From Escherichia phage teqhad, in sequence record NC_054933.1: a stretch of 64,000 bases of DNA. One strand, written 5' to 3'. The notes beneath the pieces are model-generated. The model was not told the DNA's origin. It did not search any database and worked only from the letters and a program-made list of their open reading frames with translations. Positions within the stretch are counted from its first letter, which is position 1. Every line of letters begins with the position of its first letter. Of this stretch, positions 48,812-58,117 are shown piece after piece. A program made the position numbers and the translations under genes.

Positions 48812-51076
48812 TCATAATTTACAGGATGAACAATCTTCAGCTTTTGGAGTTTCTATTTCATAATCATCAGTACCAGAACCATCACGGGTATTATGATAAT
48901 AGAAATTTTTTCCGCCAAAATACCAAAAATACAAAAGGTCATCAATCATTATTGACATTGGAACCTTTCCTTTTGGAAAAATCTGTGGGTCATAATATGT
49001 ATTCGCTGAAGCTGATTGACATACCCATTTCAGCATAATAGCTACCTGCGTAAGATAAGGTTTATTACCTTTCTTAGCTAATTTCCATGTATAATCATAG
49101 AGGTCTATGTTATGCTCAATATTGGGCACGACTTGATTAAAGGAGCCCTCTTTTGATTCTTTAACAGAGACTGGTCCACGTGGAGGCTCGATACCGTTTG
49201 TACTGTTAGAAACTTGGGAAGATGACTCACATGGCATAAGTGCTGATAATGTGCTATTACGGATGCCAAAGAGCTTAAGGTCTTCCCGCAGCGACGACCA
49301 GTCACAAACGTATTTTGGAGCTGCGATTTGGTCAATCTTTTTATTGTACCAGTCGATAGGTAATTCGCCTCGAGACCAACGAGTGTCTGAATAATATTCA
49401 CAAGGTCCTTTTTCTTTGGCGAGCTTAATGGATGCTTTAATGAGTCCATACTGTAATCTCTCAAATAGTTCATGTGTTAAATCGTTAGCATCTTCATAAG
49501 AAGCAAAGTTACTTGCCAGCCAAGCTGCATAGTTAGTAACACCTACACCAAGGTTTCGACGCTTTTTAGCTTTTTCTGCTTCAGGAACTGGATATCCTTG
49601 GTAATCCAAAAGATTATCAAGAGCACGAACTTGAACTTCTGCTAATTCATTAATTTTATCTTGGTCTTGCCAATCGAAGTTATCCAGCACAAATGCAGAT
49701 AACGTGCACAATCCAATTTCAGCATCAGGGCTATTCACATCATTTGTTGGAATAGCAATTTCACAGCACAAGTTACTCTGACGAATAGGTGCCTTTTCAC
49801 GAATAAACGGAGTATAGTTATTCGTATTATCAATGAACTGCACATAAATCCTTGCTGTTCCTGAGCGTTCAGTCATGAGCAATTCAAATAGTTCACGGGC
49901 TTTAATGCGCTTTTTACGAATATTAGGGTCTTTTTCTGCTGCTTCGTATAATTCACGGAAACGGTCTTGGTCTTTAAAATAAGAATAATAAAGCTCTCCA
50001 CCCATTTCATGTGGACTGAACAAAGTAATGTAATCGTTCTTTCCAAAACGTTCCATCATTAGATCATTCAGTTGAACACCATAATCCATATGACGAATGC
50101 GGTTTTCTTCTACACCTTTGTTATTTTTCAAAACGAGAAGATTTTCAACTTCCAAATGCCAAATAGGATAATAAGCAGTAGCAGCGCCGCCACGAATTCC
50201 ACCCTGTGAGCATGATTTAACAGCAGTCTGAAAATGTTTCCAAAAAGGAATAACACCGGTATGGCGTACTTCACCCATGCCAATCTTAGAACCTTCAGCA
50301 CGAATCATACCAACGTTAATACCAATTCCAGCGCGTTTAGAGATATATTCAACAATTGAAGCGGAAGCCTTATTGATAGACTTTAATGAATCACCTGCCT
50401 CAATAACAACACATGAACTAAACTGTCGAGTCGGAGTACGGCAACCAGCCATAATAGGAGTTGGCAATGAAATCTGTCGAGTAGATACTGCTTCATAAAA
50501 ACGGATAACGTGTTTTAATCTATCAACAGGTTCATCTTGATGCAATGCCATTCCAATAGTCATAAATGCAAACTGTGGAGTTTCATAAATTTGACCAGTG
50601 GTTTTATCTTTAACTAGATATTTTTCTTTTAATTGCATCGCCCCGGAATAAGTAAATTCCATATCCCGCTCGTGCTTAATTTTTGATTCTAAAAATGTAA
50701 TTTCTTCTGCTGAATATTTTGACAATAATTCAGGGTCGTATTTACCTTCATTTACACAGTAAGAAATATGGTCAATAAATGAACGTGGTTCATACTGCCC
50801 ATAAACATGCTTACGAAGAGCGAACATTAGACAACGTGCAGCTACATATTGATAATCAGGCTCTTCAACCGAAATAGAATTCGCAGCGGCCTTAATGACA
50901 ATAGTCTGAATATCATCAGTTGTCATTCCATCACGGAGATAAGATTTAATATTTTCATATAATTCATAAGGATCTACCGATGTTCCTTCAGCTGCCCAAG
51001 ATAAAACTTTAATAATTTTTTGTGGGTCAAAGCTCTGAGAAACACCACTACTTTTGATAACATTAATTAATTGCAT
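48812..51076 (-). CDS. nrdA: Ribonucleotide reductase large subunit (aerobic)
   Basis: 754 aa; catalytic Cys-containing motifs; only 51 bp separates it from nrdB. Confidence 0.97.
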   Translation of the reverse strand: MQLINVIKSSGVSQSFDPQKIIKVLSWAAEGTSVDPYELYENIKSYLRDGMTTDDIQTIVIKAAANSISVEEPDYQYVAARCLMFALRKHVYGQYEPRSFIDHISYCVNEGKYDPELLSKYSAEEITFLESKIKHERDMEFTYSGAMQLKEKYLVKDKTTGQIYETPQFAFMTIGMALHQDEPVDRLKHVIRFYEAVSTRQISLPTPIMAGCRTPTRQFSSCVVIEAGDSLKSINKASASIVEYISKRAGIGINVGMIRAEGSKIGMGEVRHTGVIPFWKHFQTAVKSCSQGGIRGGAATAYYPIWHLEVENLLVLKNNKGVEENRIRHMDYGVQLNDLMMERFGKNDYITLFSPHEMGGELYYSYFKDQDRFRELYEAAEKDPNIRKKRIKARELFELLMTERSGTARIYVQFIDNTNNYTPFIREKAPIRQSNLCCEIAIPTNDVNSPDAEIGLCTLSAFVLDNFDWQDQDKINELAEVQVRALDNLLDYQGYPVPEAEKAKKRRNLGVGVTNYAAWLASNFASYEDANDLTHELFERLQYGLIKASIKLAKEKGPCEYYSDTRWSRGELPIDWYNKKIDQIAAPKYVCDWSSLREDLKLFGIRNSTLSALMPCESSSQVSNSTNGIEPPRGPVSVKESKEGSFNQVVPNIEHNIDLYDYTWKLAKKGNKPYLTQVAIMLKWVCQSASANTYYDPQIFPKGKVPMSIMIDDLLYFWYFGGKNFYYHNTRDGSGTDDYEIETPKAEDCSSCKL

Positions 51077-51393
51077 AAGTCCTCAACTTGAAAATCGTCT
51101 TTAAACAATCGGTTAACTATATGAGCTATTATATCACCATGACACGGCTTTGGTTTACATGTGCATCCTAGCCTCATTCCACGTAAAGGCTCTAAATGTG
51201 CTTTAGTTATTTCTCCGGATTTAATTCGACGTATAAAATCTTTTTTGAATAATTCAATGGCAGCCTCCCGGCTGCCAGCATCTTTACCGACGTAATTTCC
51301 CCAAAATGTACCGCGGTGAATATTAACATCAAAGTCGGATTTGTATTTATTCACTACCCGGCATAGACGGCCCGGTTGGTAATAATTCTTCAT
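51067..51393 (-). CDS. Hypothetical protein (nrdA.1 position)
   Basis: 108 aa ORF; Cys/His-containing C-terminus ([12 protein letters not shown]). Confidence 0.65.
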   Translation of the reverse strand: MKNYYQPGRLCRVVNKYKSDFDVNIHRGTFWGNYVGKDAGSREAAIELFKKDFIRRIKSGEITKAHLEPLRGMRLGCTCKPKPCHGDIIAHIVNRLFKDDFQVEDLCN

Positions 51394-51622
51394 ATTGTTT
51401 TTCCGTTAAAACAGTAATATCGTAGTAACAGTCAGAAGAAGTTTTAACTGTGGAAATTTTATTGTCAAAATACTCACGAGTCATTTTATGAGTATAGTAT
51501 TTTTTACCATAAATGGTAATAGGCTGTTCTGGTCCTGGAACTTCTAACTCGCTTGGATTAGGAAGTGTAAAAAGAACGACACCAGAAGTATCTTTAAATC
51601 GTAAAATCATATATCCTCTCAA
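51347..51622 (-). CDS. Hypothetical protein (nrdA.2 position)
   Basis: 91 aa ORF; overlaps the downstream ORF by 47 nt in a different frame. Confidence 0.6.
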   Translation of the reverse strand: MRGYMILRFKDTSGVVLFTLPNPSELEVPGPEQPITIYGKKYYTHKMTREYFDNKISTVKTSSDCYYDITVLTEKQYEELLPTGPSMPGSE

Positions 51623-51633
51623 TTAAATTAAAA

Positions 51634-52494
51634 TTATACCGCCATTTTTCCTTTAATTGGCAGATGAGATACATAGTTGTTAAGAACAAAATTATGAGGC
51701 TTTGCAAATTGACTCAACCAAAATACCTGCGATTCTGTGTCCCATTCATCAAATTCATCTGGAAATTTTAATTGTAATTCGCATAAATCCATAGGTTCAC
51801 GACGCAAAATTTCTTTACATTGTTCTACGTGATTCATATAGATATGAGTATTACCACCAGAAAATATCAAATCTCCCGGAATAAGATTACACATCTTAGC
51901 TACAATATGAACTAACGTAGCATATGATGCAATATTAAATGGAAGACCGAGGAAAACATCTACCGAACGTTGATACCACTGCAAATCTAAATAGCCATTA
52001 CGCACATTAAACTGATAGAACATATGACAAGGAGGTAATGCCATATATTTAAGTTCAGCTGGATTCCACGCAGAAACGATTTGACGTCGATCAGTTGGTA
52101 ATTTTTTAATACGATCAATAGTTTCAACTAATTGATCCACACCACCGAAATCACGCCATTGTTTACCATATATAGGACCAAGTTCACCACTATGATATCC
52201 TAGGTCTTTAGCCTGGTTTTCATAGTTATCGTCCCAAACTGTTTTGCCTTGGATTAACGAATCGTGTTGAATTAATCGTAAATCATTAACATTTGTGCTT
52301 CCTGATAAAAACCATATTAGCTCAGCAATGCATGCATTCCAGGCGAGCTTCTTAGTTGTTACTGCAGGAAAACCTTTGGTTAAATCCCAACGCAATTTAG
52401 TACCGAACAGAGCAATTGTTCCTGTGCCCGTTCGGTCATCGGTTTCATAGCCATTTTCAAAAATGTCTTTAATTAAATCTTGGTATTGTTTCAT
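51634..52494 (-). CDS. td: Thymidylate synthase, uninterrupted (no group I intron)
   Basis: 286 aa continuous ORF starting MKQYQDLIKDIFENGYETDDRTGTGT...; active-site region ...LPPCH... present. Confidence 0.97.
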   Translation of the reverse strand: MKQYQDLIKDIFENGYETDDRTGTGTIALFGTKLRWDLTKGFPAVTTKKLAWNACIAELIWFLSGSTNVNDLRLIQHDSLIQGKTVWDDNYENQAKDLGYHSGELGPIYGKQWRDFGGVDQLVETIDRIKKLPTDRRQIVSAWNPAELKYMALPPCHMFYQFNVRNGYLDLQWYQRSVDVFLGLPFNIASYATLVHIVAKMCNLIPGDLIFSGGNTHIYMNHVEQCKEILRREPMDLCELQLKFPDEFDEWDTESQVFWLSQFAKPHNFVLNNYVSHLPIKGKMAV

Positions 52495-52539
52495 TTAGTA
52501 CCTTATATAAATTATAATACATTTTATGAAGCTAAATAA

Positions 52540-52887
52540 TCAATACGGTTTAGCATCAAATTTTCTCTCAATTTCAGGTGTGAAATATAATTCTTTACCG
52601 CGTTTGGAAAAGCGACCAATAATATGATAATTATTCTCATCAAACGTAATATTACCAATATCCATAGCTTTCAACCAAATATCGATATTTCTATCCAGCT
52701 TTATGTCAAAATTCCAATACGGAGAACTATTACCGAAAATACTGCAAGCGGATTCAGTGAAACAGCTACTATAAATCTTGTCTTTAGGAACTACTAATTG
52801 ATAGACACCTTTAATAAACTGAGGACCCTGCCATTTAGGTTGTTTCACGTCTTTTTCTAATAGAATAGGGTAATAATTAAAATTCAT
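52540..52887 (-). CDS. Orphan ORF inserted between frd and td
   Basis: 115 aa from the ATG at 52887 (track ORF starts at an upstream GTG, 52899); no recognisable motif; sits in a ~0.4 kb segment splitting the normally overlapping frd/td pair. Confidence 0.55.
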   Translation of the reverse strand: MNFNYYPILLEKDVKQPKWQGPQFIKGVYQLVVPKDKIYSSCFTESACSIFGNSSPYWNFDIKLDRNIDIWLKAMDIGNITFDENNYHIIGRFSKRGKELYFTPEIERKFDAKPY

Positions 52888-52907
52888 ATTTTCCGCCACG
52901 CGTTATT

Positions 52908-53734
<827 letters not shown>

Positions 53735-53744
53735 ATTATTTTCC

Positions 53745-53987
53745 TTAAACAGACTTTTTCACAATTTTCCAATCAGCTTTAAACTGCTCGACGTCAGAAT
53801 GGTAAATCCAAAATCCTGCGCTTTCTCCGTCTTCATAAAGAGGGCATCCATCACATTCATCTTCCCATCCCATGTCACGTAAAAGATGTTCAGCTTTTTC
53901 AACAAGTTCAGAATCTTTACCGATGATATTAAAATACCATTTACCTCTAACTTCCGAATCTTTGATGCTCTGACGTTGTAATCTCAT
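53745..53987 (-). CDS. Hypothetical protein (frd.2 position)
   Basis: 80 aa ORF. Confidence 0.6.
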   Translation of the reverse strand: MRLQRQSIKDSEVRGKWYFNIIGKDSELVEKAEHLLRDMGWEDECDGCPLYEDGESAGFWIYHSDVEQFKADWKIVKKSV

Positions 53988-54045
53988 TTTATTCTCCTCA
54001 GTAGTTGATAGGGTAATAGTATCACACTACTACCCTTTCTGTAAA

Positions 54046-54426
54046 CTACTTTTTGAAAGTTTTTCGCAAAAGTTTAATGATTTCGTCTACATTGTTTTCG
54101 TCAACAATACAGTGAATTTTTGTTACGCCATAAACCTTGTCTTTGACTTCATCTTCTTCAGAAATTGGTTCTTTATACTCACGAAAACAATGAAATTCAT
54201 CTTCGCAAATTTCTAAAAGTCTATCTTTGAGGTAAAAATGCTTTCCATTTGCGCATTCAATGTGTTTTACTGCTTTATATCCATTAGCGACGGAAACTTC
54301 TTTAACTTCAAACCATCCGCCATTATCTCGAATAGCTTTAACTATTGATGAATTAGAACGTGGGCTGTAATTAATAAATGTATCAATAAGTCTTGGAACA
54401 AGTTCATACTTTTTACCAGTATACAT
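54046..54426 (-). CDS. Hypothetical protein (frd.3 position)
   Basis: 126 aa ORF. Confidence 0.65.
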   Translation of the reverse strand: MYTGKKYELVPRLIDTFINYSPRSNSSIVKAIRDNGGWFEVKEVSVANGYKAVKHIECANGKHFYLKDRLLEICEDEFHCFREYKEPISEEDEVKDKVYGVTKIHCIVDENNVDEIIKLLRKTFKK

Positions 54427-54470
54427 TACGTTTTCCTCATTTTGATAGGGGCTTGATAGCCCCTTGATAA

Positions 54471-54719
54471 TTATTGTTCAATCAGTCCCATGTAAAATTC
54501 TGCGTCTTCAGAATCCATGCCATCGCAATATTCATTAGCCATAAAGCGGGTGAGGTCTTCAAGAGGACCTTCAATAACGATTTGAATACTCCAAAACTTA
54601 GAATCTTGCACGCTTGTAATACTAAGTTCAGGATAACGATTACGAATAATTTCTTCAATATATTCAAAATCAACGATGTCAATATCAACTTTAGCCATAT
54701 TGTTTTCCTCTTTAATCAT
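54471..54719 (-). CDS. Hypothetical acidic protein upstream of the frd cluster
   Basis: 82 aa ORF; AAGAGGAAAA ribosome-binding site; early-promoter-like GTTTACA-N17-TACTAT upstream on the minus strand. Confidence 0.55.
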   Translation of the reverse strand: MIKEENNMAKVDIDIVDFEYIEEIIRNRYPELSITSVQDSKFWSIQIVIEGPLEDLTRFMANEYCDGMDSEDAEFYMGLIEQ

Positions 54720-54802
54720 CAGCAGTATTGCCGATAGTTGTATAGTACCACAGTCCTTGTGGTATGTAAACCGTTTTGTGAAAAAATTTTTAAAATAAAA
54801 AA

Positions 54803-54821
54803 GGGGACCCTAGAGGTCCCC
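54803..54821 (-). terminator. Strong intrinsic terminator after gene 32 (minus strand)
   Basis: ggggacc-ctaga-ggtcccc; minus-strand RNA continues with a long U-run. Confidence 0.65.
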
Positions 54822-54843
54822 AATTAATTAGTAATATAATCTA

Positions 54844-55752
54844 TTAAAGGTCATTCAAAAGGTCATCCAGGTCCGTGTCATCAGCACTAGATGAACTGCC
54901 AGAGCTTGAGCTCATAAAATCATCTTCAGTTTTTGTATTGAAGTCATCAACATTGAATGCATCCAAATCATCAGCAACTTTATCAGCTTTCTTAGCAGCA
55001 GTTGCAGCGGCACCGCCCATCACAGCAGTTCCCATAACTTGACCAAATTTAGTGCTCAGTTCTTCAAACGATTTGAATTTATCTTTAGAAGTCATTTCAG
55101 AAAGGTCAACCATTTGTTCGAACAGTTCTTTCTGGAAAGATTCATCGTCAATGTTTGGAATCGCAGATTGATTCAGGAATTTAGATTCGTCGTAGTTACT
55201 AAATCCAGAAACCTGTTTAACTTTCAGTACAAAGTTAGCACCTTCCCACGGACAAGTTACATCAACCGGAGTTTCACCCATTTCAACATCAACCGCAATC
55301 ATCGCGTTGATTTTATCCCAGATTTTCTTACCGAAACGATATTTAAATACTTTACCTTCGTTTTCTGGAGCAGCTGGGTCTTTTACAACAAGAATGTTAG
55401 CCCAGTAAGAAGTTTTACGTTTAACAAGACTGTACTCTTTGTTGTCAGTGTTGTACAGATCATTTTTACTGATGTATTGACATACTGGGCAAGAATCGTA
55501 ATCACCGTGGGTAGATGAACAGTTTTCAATATACCATTTACCATTTTTCTTGAAACCGTGATTTACAAGAATTGCGAATGGTGCTTGTTCATCATTTTTA
55601 GACGGAAGAAAACGAATTACTGCTTGACCGTTACCCGCATTGTCGAGTTTCAGTTTCCACTCGCCTTTATCTTCAGAAGAAAAACCACCTTTATTTCCAG
55701 CCAGTTTAGCCATTTGTGCAGCGAGTTCAGCAGTAGATTTACGTTTAAACAT
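54844..55752 (-). CDS. 32: Single-stranded DNA-binding protein gp32
   Basis: 302 aa; [17 protein letters not shown]...; zinc-binding Cys/His; acidic Ser-rich C-terminus; T4 gp32. Confidence 0.98.
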   Translation of the reverse strand: MFKRKSTAELAAQMAKLAGNKGGFSSEDKGEWKLKLDNAGNGQAVIRFLPSKNDEQAPFAILVNHGFKKNGKWYIENCSSTHGDYDSCPVCQYISKNDLYNTDNKEYSLVKRKTSYWANILVVKDPAAPENEGKVFKYRFGKKIWDKINAMIAVDVEMGETPVDVTCPWEGANFVLKVKQVSGFSNYDESKFLNQSAIPNIDDESFQKELFEQMVDLSEMTSKDKFKSFEELSTKFGQVMGTAVMGGAAATAAKKADKVADDLDAFNVDDFNTKTEDDFMSSSSGSSSSADDTDLDDLLNDL

Positions 55753-55835
55753 TTTTATTTCCTTTTTAATTTAATTAACAGTTGGTGCTATGACGATGTA
55801 TGACCTCATAGCTGGTCAGTGAGATAATTATAATC
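55753..55835 (-). promoter_or_regulatory. Gene 32 autoregulatory translational operator (A/U-rich leader plus pseudoknot region)
   Basis: Minus-strand leader ...ACUGACCAGCUAUGAGGUCAUACAUCGUCAUAGCACC...UUAAUUAAAUUAAAAAGGAAAUAAAAAUG has the architecture of the T4 gene 32 operator (recalled, not aligned). Confidence 0.55.
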
Positions 55836-55843
55836 TATTTATA
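55836..55843 (-). promoter_or_regulatory. Late promoter (TATAAATA on minus strand) upstream of gene 32
   Basis: Plus-strand TATTTATA in the 32-59 intergenic region. Confidence 0.45.
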
Positions 55844-55851
55844 ATAAGCAA

Positions 55852-56505
55852 TTAATACTTACAAGATTTCACAGTTTCAATGAAAACATTTTTAGCTTTC
55901 TGTGAATCAATATTTAAAATTTTTCTATAAGCCTTTAACTTTATAGAATAATTATTCCAGACTAAATTATCAGTCTGTTCATCATGTTTATCAATTATAT
56001 TTAAAAATGAATCAAGCAAGATAAACGTCTCAAACGAAATTATGTTCGATTGCAGAAGTTTAAAAATATAACTTGACTGAACTTTTGGATTATACTCAAA
56101 GATTTCTTTAAAAGCAGAAACTTCAACTTTTTTACTAAAATAATAAATGTTGCGAATATCTTCTTCAAACTTAAATTTAATTTGCTTTAAGCGTCCGATA
56201 TATTCACGATAAAACACAAGTGCATCAGCGTCAGAGATGTCACCAATCCAAGCATCTTGGTTAGCAACAAGATTGCTTATAAAGATTAAAGCAAGTTCCT
56301 TTAATTTATATTTTTCTGATAACTTCTGGAAAAAATACTTATCCCTTCGCTTTTGATAAGCGGCATCAGACACCCGCATGCACCAATTATACTTAATAAC
56401 ATCATACTTTCCATTCATATGCTGTTTTATCATTAAGTATAATTTATAAACTGATTTACCATCAATGTATCTTTCACCACCAGCAGGCATGCGGAGTTTA
56501 ATCAT
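55852..56505 (-). CDS. 59: Helicase loader gp59
   Basis: 217 aa, MIKLRMPAGGERYIDGKSVYKLYLMIK...; T4 gp59. Confidence 0.95.
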   Translation of the reverse strand: MIKLRMPAGGERYIDGKSVYKLYLMIKQHMNGKYDVIKYNWCMRVSDAAYQKRRDKYFFQKLSEKYKLKELALIFISNLVANQDAWIGDISDADALVFYREYIGRLKQIKFKFEEDIRNIYYFSKKVEVSAFKEIFEYNPKVQSSYIFKLLQSNIISFETFILLDSFLNIIDKHDEQTDNLVWNNYSIKLKAYRKILNIDSQKAKNVFIETVKSCKY

Positions 56506-56840
56506 AGTAGAAAATCTAATGTATTAGTTTTTTCACAACGAACAACAGAAGGACGTAAAAGATTTTCGTCAATAGCTTCTGACTGAATTTTTTCAATTAT
56601 ACCCGAAGGAATAAATTTAGCAAATTGAGTTTCAGGAATAGAGTTTTCTTCCAAGAATGCTGTCGTAGCTTCAAGATAACTCATTCCAAACTCTTCTACC
56701 ATTTTTTCAATAATAAATCCATTTTCTTGACGATCAAGAAGCTTTGCTATTTCATCCTTTTCTTTCTTGATTGAAAGTTCTTTTTCTGAAAGACCGGTCT
56801 CATCGACCGGACGAATATCATTTAGAGAAAACTGTGTCAT
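56502..56840 (-). CDS. 33: Late transcription co-activator gp33
   Basis: Track ORF begins at a TTG (56849); ATG at 56840 with GAGGT ribosome-binding site gives 112 aa (MTQFSLNDIRPVDETG...) as in T4. Confidence 0.9.
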   Translation of the reverse strand: MTQFSLNDIRPVDETGLSEKELSIKKEKDEIAKLLDRQENGFIIEKMVEEFGMSYLEATTAFLEENSIPETQFAKFIPSGIIEKIQSEAIDENLLRPSVVRCEKTNTLDFLL

Positions 56841-57087
56841 AAAGTTCAACTACCTCTTCAGTTTCAGCTTCAAACACATCACGGTTATCTTTATGATACA
56901 AAGCTAACAGACGATTAAACATCTTACCATCAACGCCAAGTTCATCTTTGGCACGAATTCGAATATCTTTAATCAGTTCATTATAACCGGAAATTTTCAG
57001 TTTATGATCAGATGCTTCTTTAATAAATTTAGCCAAGTCTTCGCCGTGGATAGCTTCATCAAATTCAACCATTTCTTTTTTAGCCAT
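56818..57087 (-). CDS. dsbA: Double-stranded DNA-binding protein DsbA (late transcription enhancer)
   Basis: 89 aa; overlaps the gene 33 5' end as in T4. Confidence 0.85.
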   Translation of the reverse strand: MAKKEMVEFDEAIHGEDLAKFIKEASDHKLKISGYNELIKDIRIRAKDELGVDGKMFNRLLALYHKDNRDVFEAETEEVVELYDTVFSK

Positions 57088-57095
57088 TATTCACC

Positions 57096-58013
57096 TCAAA
57101 ATTCATTAATGCTATTAGTTAATTTAGAAAGACCCGCTTTTACAAAATATGAATAAATTTTGCCACGCGGTGGTAATTTATATGAATTATAGTAATTCAC
57201 AATGTTTGAAGCAATATTATCAGGAATATAATCAAAATCAATTAGAACTAAATTTTCTTTATAACGATTATATTCAGATTCTGTAAGAAGCACCTTAGCT
57301 TGCTCACGGTCATTAGCAATAGCTTCAACGATTGAAGTTTTCATTGAAGGAGTTCGTTCACCTTCAACTCTGGTAAACCAAAAGTCAGATCGTACTTTAA
57401 CTGAAGCAACGTTGTCCTTTTTGTCGCCTTTAAGGATTTTAGTCATACAGTCAATTTCAGCAGAACCGCTTTTAATTTTAACCCATTTCTTATGCATCGG
57501 TGACCATTGCTTAACATTTGGGTATTTATGAAGCTGTGTAAAGTCACCATCCGATGAAATGATTAAAATCTTGTGTCCTTCTAAAGAGAACTTTTTAACA
57601 AGAACAGCAATGTGGTCATCTGCTTCATACTTATCAATATCCATAACAATGTATGGCATATAAGCTTTCAATTCATCTATAACTTTATGACTGGATTCAA
57701 AATAACCTTCCCAGTCCCAAGTCGATTCTTCTCGTGCTTTTCCACGGTTTTTCTTATAATAATAAGCAAAATCACGGCGCCAGTATCCAGATTTCGCGTT
57801 ATCAATACACAGTACAATTTTAGTGTATCCAAGCGTTTTTGCTTTTTTGACGTTAAACTTAATTGAGTTCAATATCAAATGACGAACCATTGATAAATTA
57901 ATTTTTTCTTTATCTGGGAAGTTTACCAGAGCAGTTGAAAGCGCGATTTGACTAAAGTCAATTAAGCAAATTCCTTCTTTGTAATCTTCATCCAGCATCA
58001 TTTCTAAATCCAT
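57096..58013 (-). CDS. rnh: RNase H (5'-3' exonuclease / flap endonuclease)
   Basis: Start at the ATG at 58013 (MDLEMMLDEDYKEGICLIDFSQ..., GAGGT ribosome-binding site), 305 aa; FEN-family acidic residues. Confidence 0.95.
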   Translation of the reverse strand: MDLEMMLDEDYKEGICLIDFSQIALSTALVNFPDKEKINLSMVRHLILNSIKFNVKKAKTLGYTKIVLCIDNAKSGYWRRDFAYYYKKNRGKAREESTWDWEGYFESSHKVIDELKAYMPYIVMDIDKYEADDHIAVLVKKFSLEGHKILIISSDGDFTQLHKYPNVKQWSPMHKKWVKIKSGSAEIDCMTKILKGDKKDNVASVKVRSDFWFTRVEGERTPSMKTSIVEAIANDREQAKVLLTESEYNRYKENLVLIDFDYIPDNIASNIVNYYNSYKLPPRGKIYSYFVKAGLSKLTNSINEF

Positions 58014-58074
58014 ATGAACCTCGTTCAATTAGTGAGATTTCTATTATATACCATCCAAATCTTAAAGTAAACAA

Positions 58075-58082
58075 GTATAAAT
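58075..58082 (+). promoter_or_regulatory. Late promoter TATAAATA upstream of gene 34
   Basis: Exact TATAAATA 36 nt upstream of the gene 34 ATG; AGGAG ribosome-binding site. Confidence 0.6.
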
Positions 58083-58117
58083 ACTTATTATTGAAAACAC
58101 AATAGGAGCCCGGGAGA

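Noticed and set aside
51634-52494. Possible group I intron / I-TevI in td (and I-TevIII in nrdB)
   Set aside because: Both ORFs are continuous and of mature-protein length with no internal stops or extra ~1 kb, so introns are absent in this phage.
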